Source: Pirellulales bacterium (GTDB taxonomy: Bacteria > Planctomycetota > Planctomycetia > Pirellulales > UBA1268). Taken from it: 64,000 bases of DNA. The notes beneath the pieces were generated by a model. That model saw nothing but the letters and a program-made list of their open reading frames with translations. It was not told the DNA's origin and made no database searches. Each line of letters begins with the position of its first letter. Position 1 is the first letter of the stretch. The stretch covers positions 264-64,263 of the forward strand of contig JADHSL010000010.1 in NCBI GenBank assembly GCA_016776925.1, given 5' to 3'. Positions 28,482-39,029 of this stretch are shown here, one piece after another. The translations under genes and the position numbers were made by a program.

Positions 28482-28757
28482 CTAGGCATCTCTCTCAGAG
28501 TCGATTTCAGGGGACTCTGAAATCGTACTTTCTGGTCGTTCAAGAATACTGACACCGGCTACGACTGCTGTCATTACTATCGCGGAGGCCCAGCCCACGC
28601 CAAGCCCCATTGCTGCACGAAGACAGAACTTGCTACCTGCCGGGTCACCCATGCCTGCCAGCAAACCAGCGAGGCTAAGAACAAGCACGATCACGACCGG
28701 AAGGAATAGCCCCAACACGACAGACCATGTAAGTACACGATGCAAAATAGAAGACAT
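28482..28757 (-). CDS. Small hypothetical membrane protein (2-3 TM)
   Basis: Hydrophobic segments VLTWSVVLGLFLPVVIVLVLSLAGLLAG and GLGVGWASAIVMTAVVAGV. No homology recognised. Confidence 0.35.
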   Translation of the reverse strand: MSSILHRVLTWSVVLGLFLPVVIVLVLSLAGLLAGMGDPAGSKFCLRAAMGLGVGWASAIVMTAVVAGVSILERPESTISESPEIDSERDA

Positions 28758-28910
28758 GAATTGTCAAACCCTCGCGGCTTTACGCGACTCATCTGCTGAT
28801 GCGGAACAAGTGATGATTTGTACTGAGCAAACCGATCTATAAGAATAGCAGTCGTGCGACCACGAACGAGTATTTCCCTATTCTCGGGTTCTTCAGCAAC
28901 TATTGAAATA

Positions 28911-31310
28911 ATGCTTCACTTTTTTTCAACGTCAACCCGGAAAAATGCTGCGCCAGGTACCAGAAGCTGTTTCCCGTGTCTCTACCCGGTTTTATTGGCC
29001 TGCTTCATTGTGCCAGGCCTCTCCTACGCTGATCGTGTGACCCTGGATGACGGCCGTATTCTCGATGGCACAATCGCGCTCCTGCCCGGAATAAGTATCG
29101 ACCCGCAGGCTGAAGACAGAGCGGGGTCCACCGTTGTTATGTGCGACAACGGATTAACTCGTACATTTATTTCGAAAAAACGTGTAGTTGGTGCGGCTGA
29201 AGAAGCCGCCGGCCAATCGTTGGAAGAAATCAAAATCTTTCAGCGGGTACCAGACAGTGGTCGCAGTTTGTCGAGTGTAGGGAGCATTCTATCTACTACT
29301 CCATTCGACGAATTTGGTAGACGCATTATCACACTCTCCACACCGGGCGGCCGACTCGATCTTGTACAAGGGATCACCACGATAACGCCCGAGTGGATCG
29401 CAGCAGAGGGGCTGATAACAGAACATCCCCTGCGACTGGATATGAGGATTGCCACATCCTCAGTGCCTCGTGAGACGCTTAGCCGTATCATCGAAAGACA
29501 ACTCGATGGAAGCGACCTTGATGAACGGCTACAGTTTGTTCGCCTTCTCATTCAGGGGACTCGATACAAAGAAGCCAAACTCGAACTGCAAGGCGTTATT
29601 CAAGACTTCCCCTCACTCAAGAGCCTCCAGAAACAGCAGACAAATATCTCCAACCTTGCTGCAGATCAATTGCTCCAGGAAATTATATTACGACAGAAAT
29701 CCGGCCAAGACCGCCTCGTACTTAACCTGCTGGAGAATTTTTCTGTAGAAGATGCAACCGGCGAACTCCTTCAGGCTGTCAAGGAGTTGCGAGACGGGTA
29801 TCGCGGTCAACTTCAACGAGCAGCAACTATGGTTCAGCAAATCCAAACGCTGGCTGCTGAATTGCCTGACACCCGTGACCGTACGATCGCTGGCGCAGTG
29901 GTAGAAGAGATTTCGGCCGAACTTACATTCGAAAGCCTAAAACGACTATCTGTATTCGAACGGGTTGGCTCGGATGACCAGCTACCACCGGAACAGGCGC
30001 TTTCTTTAGCTCTTACCGGCTGGCTCGGCGGAGAGAATGCGTCACAGATAAACTTAAAACTTGCACTTTCCACCGCAAAGGTACGTAATCTTGTCCGTCA
30101 GTATCTCGTGTCGAAAGACCCAGAGGAACGGCTCGACATCCGACAACGACTCGACGCTGAGGAAGCATTTGATGCGAAAACGGTGGCAGCAGTAGCGTCT
30201 CATATGGTGCGTCCAGCCGCTCCTTCCGGTGGTCGAGACGATGGTTTTTTCGAGCTTGAGGTTCGCCTACCGTTTCACACTACAGAAAATAAGGCTGTTG
30301 CCCGTTATCTCGTGCAATTGCCTCCGGAATACGACGCGCGGCGTCGGTATCCTACCATTGTCTCATTGCATGGTGCGGGAACCACACCGCTGCAGCAAAT
30401 CGAATGGTGGGCTGGTGCGTCAACTGATGATGGAACTCGCGAAGGGCAGGGCGGTCGATACGGTGCGATTGTCATTGCTCCAGCATGGGGAGAAAAAACT
30501 CAGTTGGATTATCGTTACTCTGCAGAGGAACATTCTGTTGTACTTGCAGTTCTACGTGACGCTTCGCGTCAATTTTCCATCGACTCTGATCGGGTATTTT
30601 TATCTGGCCACTCAATGGGTGGTGACGCGGCATGGGACATAGGGCTGTCGCATCCCGATCTATGGGCGGGAGTCATTATTGTGTCCGGCAAGGCGGGTCG
30701 ATATGTCAACCATTATCATCAGAATGCACGCACACTCCCATTTTATATTGTCTGTGGTGCACTTGATCATACTACCTTCTCCGCAAACGAAATGGATCTT
30801 GATCGATATCTTAAAAAAGGATTTGATCTCACCTATGTTGAGTATCGCGGTCGTGGACACGAGCATTTCTCTGATGAACTGATCAAAATATTTGATTGGA
30901 CAAGTCTGAAAAGTCGATCAAGCTCGCCCAAAGAAATCGATGCTGTGAGCATGAGGCCCTGGGACCGCTTCTTCTGGTGGATTGAAATGGACGCTCCACC
31001 GCAACGAACAATGGTACTGCCTGGCAACTGGCCGCCAGCTCGTTTTGGACAGCCGTTTACGCTTTCAGCAAAAGCCACCGCAAACAACAGAATCACAGCC
31101 CGATGCGGTGCTGAAGAAGTACGTATATGGCTATCCCCAGAGTTTATTGACTTCCAACGCCCACTCACTATCAACCTGGGTACTCGCCGCCTTCATCAAG
31201 GTGAAATCGAGCCGGATGTCGACATTCTCCTGGAGGATCTTCGAAGCCGGTGTGACTATCAACACCCATACTGGGCCGTGGTCACAAAAAATCCCTCCGG
31301 TGAAAAGTGA
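28911..31310 (+). CDS. Secreted protein with C-terminal alpha/beta-hydrolase (esterase / PHB-depolymerase-like) domain
   Basis: Nucleophile elbow FLSGHSMGGDAAW, with candidate acid and His residues in GALDH and RGRGHEHF. About 460 aa of unassigned N-terminal region precede it. The track start at 28854 is GTG. ATG 28911 precedes a hydrophobic signal-like segment. Confidence 0.65.
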   Translation: MLHFFSTSTRKNAAPGTRSCFPCLYPVLLACFIVPGLSYADRVTLDDGRILDGTIALLPGISIDPQAEDRAGSTVVMCDNGLTRTFISKKRVVGAAEEAAGQSLEEIKIFQRVPDSGRSLSSVGSILSTTPFDEFGRRIITLSTPGGRLDLVQGITTITPEWIAAEGLITEHPLRLDMRIATSSVPRETLSRIIERQLDGSDLDERLQFVRLLIQGTRYKEAKLELQGVIQDFPSLKSLQKQQTNISNLAADQLLQEIILRQKSGQDRLVLNLLENFSVEDATGELLQAVKELRDGYRGQLQRAATMVQQIQTLAAELPDTRDRTIAGAVVEEISAELTFESLKRLSVFERVGSDDQLPPEQALSLALTGWLGGENASQINLKLALSTAKVRNLVRQYLVSKDPEERLDIRQRLDAEEAFDAKTVAAVASHMVRPAAPSGGRDDGFFELEVRLPFHTTENKAVARYLVQLPPEYDARRRYPTIVSLHGAGTTPLQQIEWWAGASTDDGTREGQGGRYGAIVIAPAWGEKTQLDYRYSAEEHSVVLAVLRDASRQFSIDSDRVFLSGHSMGGDAAWDIGLSHPDLWAGVIIVSGKAGRYVNHYHQNARTLPFYIVCGALDHTTFSANEMDLDRYLKKGFDLTYVEYRGRGHEHFSDELIKIFDWTSLKSRSSSPKEIDAVSMRPWDRFFWWIEMDAPPQRTMVLPGNWPPARFGQPFTLSAKATANNRITARCGAEEVRIWLSPEFIDFQRPLTINLGTRRLHQGEIEPDVDILLEDLRSRCDYQHPYWAVVTKNPSGEK

Positions 31311-31338
31311 CCAATCCGAGACCGCATCTCGTTCCACT

Positions 31339-33399
31339 CTATTTATTTGGACTTGCCTTACCTTCTTGAACCGTCGTGGTTTCAGGACGAGCAAGCGTTA
31401 TGCCACCAAGACGCCAACCGTCCTCTAGATTCTGCATGACAAATCCACTGGTACCAAAAAATTTCTTGATACGCTCAAAATCTGGCAATGTGCTTCCATC
31501 AATTTTTTGATCACGAACACTCCCTGGCTCTCCGTCTCCTAAAAGACTGTTGAGAAGTTGACCAGTCACACTTTTTGACTTCGGCATCGCACCTCGCTTC
31601 AGCATTTCGAACGCCGGACGTATTGATTCATCTGAACGGCCGAAACCCCACAAGATGACGGGTGACGGATAGAGTTTCTTCAGCACTGTATCCATCCGTT
31701 TGTAATCACCCGTAGTCGCAAGAGAATCACTGTCACTCGTTGCTAAAACCCGTTCAAGAATATCCCGGTGTGAGGCTATTAAAAGGTGACCATGCGCAAC
31801 GGTCACTGCCGAATGCGGAAGGAGCTTTTCTTCCTTTTCCCGCAATTTTCGACGGCGAGCACTTGGGCTATCCTCTTCTTCCTGGTCTGCATGCGCGATA
31901 ATCCCACCGGGAGTTTCTATCTCCAGCGTTGGAATTTCCATTGAACGATCGATTAATTCCCAGATAACGACACCGTTCTCCTCAATCCGCCGCATATCGG
32001 GATCAGTCGACATGCTTTTGCCAACCGTCGCGGCGACTTTTTCTGGATCAATCGCTTCGATGGCAATCACCAGTCGGTCGCTATCGATATCAATCGGCTC
32101 CTCATAGTCACCAATGAGAGACACCTTCTTACCCAAACATGCGATCAGATCTGCCTCAACATCGATCTGTGGCCCGTCGGGATCTTCTTTGAGTGAAGCA
32201 ATAACGTCATCGAAGACACCTTTTTCACCAACGACATCATCCACTAGAGATTCAGCGGACTGGAAGGCTGTCTCGATATCCCATTGGAGCGACGACCAAC
32301 TCGACACCCCTGCGGGCACCCAGCCGAAGGGCTGAATTTCAGAACTCTCGGGAAAGCGAAGCATGCGGGCCGCGAGATCGTATCGCTCGACTGATGAAGC
32401 ATCTCGCCCGGGAAGTGGCGGTGCATAAATGATTGTCTGGTGACGCATTTGGTGTGATCCGTCATCAAACAGAATAGCTCCTCCAAAGGCTTTGACTGCG
32501 TCAAATCCTTGTCGACCGAGTATCTCAACATAGTCCGGACCCTTCTGCCGCTTCTTTGGCGGATGCGCTAACTTGTATGCTGCCGCGAATCGAAATGGAT
32601 CGATATACCACCGCAACTTCGATAGGGAAGTGGACAAATCCTTTAATGATCCTTCACTTACCTTGGCAAATTGCTCTGTTGAAGCGAGACAATCCTGGCG
32701 GCCGTTTTCTAAAACGGCAAGGACATGACTGACTTGAACCGGGTCATCACCAACGACGAGGGCTCTGCCTTCATGTACAACCGCTACCAACTGTTCTTCT
32801 GGTTCAGCGGCATCGACGTCATCTGCACTCGGATCGTCTTGGGGAAGTCGATAGACCCGTATCGTCTCCTCAAAGTCAGCCAACCGCTCAGCTTTTTGTT
32901 CCAGTAAACGTTCTTCGATCACATCCAGAAGGGCTTCGGTCTCTTCTTCGTGACCAGAGGTATCGACAAGCAGTACCGTTGCAAGACGACCGGCCTCAGG
33001 AACAATCGCCGCCACGGCAATCTCACCCCCCGGAATCTCTCCAAGATCTTCAAGCGTGAGACCGAGTTTTCCAAGCCTTTGCTTCCCAGCCTTCGAGAGC
33101 TGCTCGCGAAAACTTGTAACAAAAGCCTCCATGCTAGGATCACGCAGAAGTTTACCGTACTGAGTGCGATCAAAACTCGCCGAAAATTCTTCCGGATCAG
33201 CAATGCTGATCCACGCAACGGTTGTATCTGGAAAAACGCTCTCACTCGCTGGGAATGCAGGATCATCAGCCCACACCGACCCAACGCAGCACACAACTGC
33301 ATGAATCGCACACAGCGACCCGACGAATCCCCTTAAAAGGCACAGAGGGGGCATTGTGAGGCACCAACCCTGTCTTCGATCGTTTGATATACGGTCCAC
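31339..33399 (-). CDS. Large secreted hypothetical protein
   Basis: Signal-like LCLLRGFVGSLCAIHAVVCCVGSVWADDP. A long ORF with ordinary codon texture and no motif recognised. Confidence 0.5.
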   Translation of the reverse strand: MDRISNDRRQGWCLTMPPLCLLRGFVGSLCAIHAVVCCVGSVWADDPAFPASESVFPDTTVAWISIADPEEFSASFDRTQYGKLLRDPSMEAFVTSFREQLSKAGKQRLGKLGLTLEDLGEIPGGEIAVAAIVPEAGRLATVLLVDTSGHEEETEALLDVIEERLLEQKAERLADFEETIRVYRLPQDDPSADDVDAAEPEEQLVAVVHEGRALVVGDDPVQVSHVLAVLENGRQDCLASTEQFAKVSEGSLKDLSTSLSKLRWYIDPFRFAAAYKLAHPPKKRQKGPDYVEILGRQGFDAVKAFGGAILFDDGSHQMRHQTIIYAPPLPGRDASSVERYDLAARMLRFPESSEIQPFGWVPAGVSSWSSLQWDIETAFQSAESLVDDVVGEKGVFDDVIASLKEDPDGPQIDVEADLIACLGKKVSLIGDYEEPIDIDSDRLVIAIEAIDPEKVAATVGKSMSTDPDMRRIEENGVVIWELIDRSMEIPTLEIETPGGIIAHADQEEEDSPSARRRKLREKEEKLLPHSAVTVAHGHLLIASHRDILERVLATSDSDSLATTGDYKRMDTVLKKLYPSPVILWGFGRSDESIRPAFEMLKRGAMPKSKSVTGQLLNSLLGDGEPGSVRDQKIDGSTLPDFERIKKFFGTSGFVMQNLEDGWRLGGITLARPETTTVQEGKASPNK

Positions 33400-33642
33400 A
33401 GATCAACTCCTTTTGATTCCGACACCCTTGCAGCGACCAGACGTAAGTCCGAAAACCAATCCCTAGTAAGTCCAGCTGAACAAGTCGCCAGACCTTACGT
33501 ACGAACACCTTCCGATACAGAACCCGGAGTGTGTCAGGCTTTCCCATTTTTCTCAACATCAACTTTCCCGGGTAAACCTGACAATATGCGGGTTTTCAAC
33601 GGCTTCTTTTTCAATTTCATGGCCCTCTTTCGCGGCCTTGGA

Positions 33643-34938
33643 TCACGGCAAACTCGGACACGCCGGCACCAGGATCCAGACACCCACCACCCAGACTGAC
33701 AGGCTGAAGGCAAACACAGTCTCACTTCGGGCCATTGCTCGTTGCAAAACAAGACATGCCATCATTGTCGCGACTCCATTGACAGCAAGAAAACCCGCCG
33801 CCTGAAGGGCACTGGCCACCCCCGGATTCCCAACGGTAGCCAGAGACACCACAAGTGGTGGCCAAAGTATGATCGCCCCGTAACTGACAAGAACGATTCC
33901 CGCCTGGGATATCCGATTAGGTGTGGTCGCTATCTCCAACCACCGAACCCTTTTCTTGCGTCGCACCAGATAGTCCCAGTTGGAGACCACCCGGTACCCA
34001 TCTAACAACGAGGCTGCCGGAATTGCTATCGCACCGAACACAATACTCGCAAGGATCTCATACCTCGGAATCGCTGACGTTGTCAGAAGTAACCACCCAA
34101 CCATAGCTACAAGCAGTATCGCTATAGAAATTATTCGCACGCTTCGGCGCCACTTTGACCGGACCGGCAGAATTCCGAGGAACCCTATCGATGAAAAGAC
34201 ATCCTCTTTGTGCGTCGGAGGCGCGGCATCGTTGCGGAGCAGAATGCTCCCGAATGACTCCGAGTAGTCAACTGAGAAAAAGTCTGTAGTCAAAAGGAAA
34301 CCGAGGCCTACGCATATCCATTCAACCATGAGAACGAACGGAGTCGTCCAAACAAACCATGGTGGCAGGAACAAAAAACTCAACCTAACCAAAGTGATGG
34401 CAGTCCATCCGGTTAACAACGTGCCGGAGTATGCATCAGCAATCAGAAAGCCTGAAACCAAAAAAGCACTCAGTGTTCCTGCGGTGAGAACAACGACAGT
34501 CCCTCCTCCTCCGATCAACCAGGGCAGCTGTTCCGCTGGATTACTCGACCAAAGAATTGACGTGATGACAAGTCCCGCAACATACCCTGTGCTTGGCCAA
34601 ACGAGCCTCACGAGCTGCCAATATATCCCGTGCGGTAAGCCCGAAGATGAACGCGTAAAACCACCGTAGGCCCAACGCCTAGCACGGACCTGAAAGGACC
34701 ACAGCGGAAGAGATGCCGGAACCTCTCCAATACCAATAGCAACGGCTGCCGTAAGTATGCCCCAACCGACTAGGGGAAGCCCTGTCTCGCTCGCCGTTGC
34801 AAAAGCGGCACAGCCCGCCAAACACAGTGAAACCCACGATGCGGGCCGCAGACAATCGTGCCGAAGCCAAATCTTTATGACGGTAGAAAACATCCCACCC
34901 TGACTCTCAGAAAGCTCTCGAATCCTGATATGCCACAA
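33643..34938 (-). CDS. Polytopic membrane protein of unknown function (about 10 TM)
   Basis: Hydrophobic throughout. The start lies only 6 nt downstream of the argG stop on the same strand. Confidence 0.5.
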   Translation of the reverse strand: MWHIRIRELSESQGGMFSTVIKIWLRHDCLRPASWVSLCLAGCAAFATASETGLPLVGWGILTAAVAIGIGEVPASLPLWSFQVRARRWAYGGFTRSSSGLPHGIYWQLVRLVWPSTGYVAGLVITSILWSSNPAEQLPWLIGGGGTVVVLTAGTLSAFLVSGFLIADAYSGTLLTGWTAITLVRLSFLFLPPWFVWTTPFVLMVEWICVGLGFLLTTDFFSVDYSESFGSILLRNDAAPPTHKEDVFSSIGFLGILPVRSKWRRSVRIISIAILLVAMVGWLLLTTSAIPRYEILASIVFGAIAIPAASLLDGYRVVSNWDYLVRRKKRVRWLEIATTPNRISQAGIVLVSYGAIILWPPLVVSLATVGNPGVASALQAAGFLAVNGVATMMACLVLQRAMARSETVFAFSLSVWVVGVWILVPACPSLP

Positions 34939-34944
34939 CGCAAC

Positions 34945-36156
34945 TTATTCCCTGGGGCGAACTCCACCCTGAACCCTCAGCGGAAGCCCAAGAATCCGAA
35001 GAAAGCCCTCTGCATCAGTCTGATCATATGACCCGCCACCTTCCATTGAAGCAATCGCTGCGTCATAGAGACTCTCAGAGCTTTCTCTACTTTTTACAAG
35101 TATGTTTCCCTTGTACAGGTTGAGTTCGACACTGCCTGTAACCGGCTGTTGTGCCTCACGAATAAATGCCAGAAGAGCATCCATCTTTGCGCAATACCAA
35201 AACCCGTAGTACACCGACTCGGCAAACTCTGGTGACAATCGATCTCGGAGATGAACCAGATCACGATCAAGTGTCAACTGCTCAATAAACCGGTGTGATT
35301 CATACAAAAGAGTCATCCCGGGTGCCTCATACACTCCTCGGCTTTTCATTCCTACGAGACGGTTTTCAAGAATATCAATGCGGCCAATTCCATTTCGACC
35401 ACCAATCTCATTGAGTTTCAGCACCATTTCGTGAGAAGGAAGCGGCTCGCCGTTGAGCCTCACAGGAACGCCAGACTCAAATTCAATTCGGACCGTCTCG
35501 ACAGCATCTGCTGCTTGTTGTGGCGACACAGACATACCAAAATCAACAAGTTCGTAGCCATCTGTATCAAGTTCTTCCAAAAGACCTGCCTCATAACTGG
35601 TATGCAGGCAATTTTCATCCGAGCTATATGGTTTCGCTTTGGAAGCCTTCACGGGAATCGATTTTTCTTCACAGAATTCAATGAGTTCTTTGCGACCAGG
35701 AAAGCGTTCACGAAATGCTTCTATTCGCCACGGTGCAAGTACTTCAATTGACGGGTCAATGGCCTCAGCAGCAAGCTGAAAGCGACACTGGTCATTGCCC
35801 TTTCCTGTCGAACCGTGCGCAAAAACAGTTGCACCCTCAGCATGTGCAAGATCAACACAAACCTTACTGATAAGAGGCCGGGCGATGGATGTTCCAAGGA
35901 GGTATGTCCCCTCATATCGAGCCTGCCACTGCATTGCCGGAAACGCGTAATCACGGCAGAGCTCCTCTCGAACATCCACGAGAATCGCTTTTTTAGCGCC
36001 ACAGTTGCGAGCCTTTTCGAGCGTCGCCTCTCTATCTTCACAGGGCTGTCCCAGATCGACATAGACACAAATTACTTCGTACCCTTGCTCAATCAACCAG
36101 CCAAGAATTACAGAGGTGTCGAGCCCACCCGAGTACGCGAGGACGCATTTCTTCAT
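34945..36156 (-). CDS. argG: Argininosuccinate synthase
   Basis: MKKCVLAYSGGLDTSV (ATP-PPase loop), GSTGKGNDQCRF and LENRLVGMKSRGVYE. Confidence 0.97.
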   Translation of the reverse strand: MKKCVLAYSGGLDTSVILGWLIEQGYEVICVYVDLGQPCEDREATLEKARNCGAKKAILVDVREELCRDYAFPAMQWQARYEGTYLLGTSIARPLISKVCVDLAHAEGATVFAHGSTGKGNDQCRFQLAAEAIDPSIEVLAPWRIEAFRERFPGRKELIEFCEEKSIPVKASKAKPYSSDENCLHTSYEAGLLEELDTDGYELVDFGMSVSPQQAADAVETVRIEFESGVPVRLNGEPLPSHEMVLKLNEIGGRNGIGRIDILENRLVGMKSRGVYEAPGMTLLYESHRFIEQLTLDRDLVHLRDRLSPEFAESVYYGFWYCAKMDALLAFIREAQQPVTGSVELNLYKGNILVKSRESSESLYDAAIASMEGGGSYDQTDAEGFLRILGLPLRVQGGVRPRE

Positions 36157-36325
36157 TCGTCATGTTCCTAAAAAAGTGAATAGCCTGTGGAGCTTCGATA
36201 CTCAAATGTGACAAAAAATCCGGCCGAGGCAATGCAGACCCATCAAGCCTGCTGACAATTGGACGTAACTCAGCAAAAAATTGAATAGGACAACATGTTT
36301 CCGCTCGTTTGGAGTATGTCACCAT

Positions 36326-37906
36326 TCATACTTCGTGCACCATGGCCATATTGTGGCCGCCCGCTCCAAACCCTATTCCGGCAACGAGCACGATTCGGTC
36401 TCCTCGCTCAAGCCGTCCATCTTGCAACCCCCAGTCACAGACATGACTCAGCAGCTGATTCACGTCAGCCCCCTCCGGAACTGCGACTGGCGTCACACCC
36501 CAGTACAACGTCATCTGCCTGAGAGTGGCCAGATCATCAGTCAGTCCGATTGTAGGAACGGCGCCTCGGTGCTTCGATCGCGCGATAGCTGTCACCCCAC
36601 TCTTACTGGCGACGACAAAAAGTCGGGCATCAAGCTCTGCCGCGATGCGGCTTGCCCCTTCAACAACTGCCTGAGTGATTGGGTGAAGTCCATGCACGAG
36701 TCGCTGAGGCCGAGGCAAGAAGTCATTTCCAACAGCACCAAGCCTACTTTTGCCTAGCAACTCTTCGAGGTATTGCCGTCGAGACTGCAGGTATTGTCGT
36801 TCGGTTGATTGTGCGATACGCCGCATCATTTCTACGACCCGTCGGGGATGGTCACCAATGGCCGTCTCTCCAGAGAGCATGCACGCATCGGCACCATCAA
36901 GGATGGCGTTGGCTACATCTGTTGTTTCAGCGCGGGTTGGACGCCGCGAATGCTGCATACTATCCAACATCTGTGTCGCTACGATTACCGGCTTTTGATA
37001 TTGCTGACAGACTCGGATAATCCGCTTCTGTACCATCGGCATACTTGCGACATCAATTTCGACCCCAAGATCACCACGAGCCACCATCACCACATCTGCT
37101 CCATCAATAATGGACTCAAGGTTCTCAAGGGCCTCCCGCTTTTCAATCTTGGCAACAACGCGAGCTGATGATTGCCGGGTACGTAGTAATTCCTTGAGAA
37201 GGTTGACCTCAACAGAAGATCTCACGAAGGAGAGGCTCACAAAGTCAGCACCGACAGAAGACGCCCATTCTGCATGCTTCCAGTCATCTGCACTCATCGC
37301 GGCAACCGACAGATCGACCCCCGGTAAATTAACGCCCTGACGGCTCCGGACAACTCCACCTTGTACAACCCGACAGCGTGCCTGGTCGCTTGTCTTCTCT
37401 GACACAACCAGACTAATTGTGCCATCGGCCAGCATGATCGAGTCTCCTACTGCCAACTCATCAACAAGGGTCGGATAGGTTGTCACAAAATGGTGAGGCC
37501 GGTCAGTCGCTGGACCTCGTATAAAAAAAACATCGCTTCCCTCAACGCACTCAACACTGCCACTAGCAATCTCACCAAGCCGTATTTTTGGACCTGCCAG
37601 GTCAACAAGAACACCAACAGGCCGCCCGACTTCATCGGAGACGTGCCGTATCGTGTTGAGGGTCTCTGTATGCTCATGAATAGAACCATGCGCCATATTT
37701 AATCGGAAAACATCAACGCCGCCTTCGATAAGCGACTGAATACCCGCCTTACCACTACTTGCGGGCCCTAGGGTTGCAACGATCTTTGTTCGCACGGGGG
37801 CACCGCGGGGAGACGGCCCGGACTCGTGGAAGGCTGAAGAACCGGGAATATCTTTCACAAAGCACCTTTGCAATGGATAGAGGGAAAGGGTCAAGCTGTC
37901 CAACAA
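36326..37906 (-). CDS. pyk: Pyruvate kinase
   Basis: TKIVATLGPAS, VFRLNMAHGS, MVARGDLGVEI and ATQMLDSM. The track start is TTG and lies 30 nt from the divergent ORF, so the true start is uncertain and probably further in. Confidence 0.94.
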   Translation of the reverse strand: MLDSLTLSLYPLQRCFVKDIPGSSAFHESGPSPRGAPVRTKIVATLGPASSGKAGIQSLIEGGVDVFRLNMAHGSIHEHTETLNTIRHVSDEVGRPVGVLVDLAGPKIRLGEIASGSVECVEGSDVFFIRGPATDRPHHFVTTYPTLVDELAVGDSIMLADGTISLVVSEKTSDQARCRVVQGGVVRSRQGVNLPGVDLSVAAMSADDWKHAEWASSVGADFVSLSFVRSSVEVNLLKELLRTRQSSARVVAKIEKREALENLESIIDGADVVMVARGDLGVEIDVASMPMVQKRIIRVCQQYQKPVIVATQMLDSMQHSRRPTRAETTDVANAILDGADACMLSGETAIGDHPRRVVEMMRRIAQSTERQYLQSRRQYLEELLGKSRLGAVGNDFLPRPQRLVHGLHPITQAVVEGASRIAAELDARLFVVASKSGVTAIARSKHRGAVPTIGLTDDLATLRQMTLYWGVTPVAVPEGADVNQLLSHVCDWGLQDGRLERGDRIVLVAGIGFGAGGHNMAMVHEV

Positions 37907-38067
37907 AAATGTAGTTTACCCTAAGAGACCTGTTTTTGAGTTGCCTCAAGGTTTTTCACTTTCACTACAAAATACCATTACGATGGACAAACTCGGTCGA
38001 GACTATTCAAATAAACAGTGTACGAATAGACAAACTGAGGCAGGCCCATCCAACCAAGAGAAACTCC

Positions 38068-38934
38068 GTGTCAAACTCATGGGAACAACACCGTGTACTC
38101 ATTGCTGGCGGCACCCACGGGTTTGGGCTCGTTTTAGCGAAAATCCTGAGTCGCTCCGGCGCCTCGGTCATGGTTCTTGGTCGCTCGGCTGAAGGAGTCA
38201 GGGAGGCCCTGGTCCAATGCGAAGCCGAAGCGCACGCTGCCGGCTACTCAAAGAATCAGGTGCAGGGCATCACTGCTGATCTTAGTCACGCTGGAGAGGG
38301 AAACCGTGCTGTTGCACAGTGTCTTGAAAAACTTGGGGGCTGTGACTCATTCTTTTTCTGTGTTGGCCAATCAAGCCGGTCCGTCATCCTCAAACTTGCA
38401 CCTCACGAAATTCGCTCTTCGCTTGATGCAAACCTCATGACAGCAGTCGAGATCACCCAAGCTGTAGCGGATTCTGTCTGCCGGGCCCACGGCCATCTGG
38501 TTTTCATTGGGAGCCTCGCCGGAAAATTTGTCACGCCCGCGATGGGCAACTATGCAATTGGGAAATCGGCGCTCGCTTCCTTTGTTGAAGCCGTTCGCCT
38601 CGAAACAGAGCCCCGTGGCGGCCACGTCCTTCTTGTTTCTCCCGGTCCAATCCAACGCAACCCTGTACATGAAGAAATGCTACCATCCATCCATCGTTAC
38701 GATGATCAGGTAGCCCGTCACGACTTGCCCGACAGCGTGGGGCAACCTGGTGGCGGTGCCTCGGTCAGGCTTCTTGATGCTGAAAAACTTGCCCACGAGG
38801 TTTTGTTTTCATGCCAACAACATCATCAGGAACTCGTGCGACCAAAGAAGGCGATGCTTCTCGCCGGTCTTATTGAATGGTTCCCATCGTGGGGTCGAAA
38901 GATACTGAATCGATACACCAGTCAAAAAGGCTAA
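38068..38934 (+). CDS. Short-chain dehydrogenase/reductase (SDR) family oxidoreductase
   Basis: Rossmann motif VLIAGGTHGFGLVLAK and catalytic YAIGK (YxxxK). The track ORF begins at TTG 37936. The in-frame GTG at 38068 places the glycine motif ~10 aa from the N-terminus, as is typical for SDRs. Confidence 0.8.
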   Translation: MSNSWEQHRVLIAGGTHGFGLVLAKILSRSGASVMVLGRSAEGVREALVQCEAEAHAAGYSKNQVQGITADLSHAGEGNRAVAQCLEKLGGCDSFFFCVGQSSRSVILKLAPHEIRSSLDANLMTAVEITQAVADSVCRAHGHLVFIGSLAGKFVTPAMGNYAIGKSALASFVEAVRLETEPRGGHVLLVSPGPIQRNPVHEEMLPSIHRYDDQVARHDLPDSVGQPGGGASVRLLDAEKLAHEVLFSCQQHHQELVRPKKAMLLAGLIEWFPSWGRKILNRYTSQKG

Positions 38935-39029
38935 CCCGCAGACCAAAAGACTCTGGGATATGAGGCATCTCTCTGCGGGCTACGTGCTGCAGGGGTCGGG
39001 TAGTCCATGAAGGCCCTCCTCATCAACCA

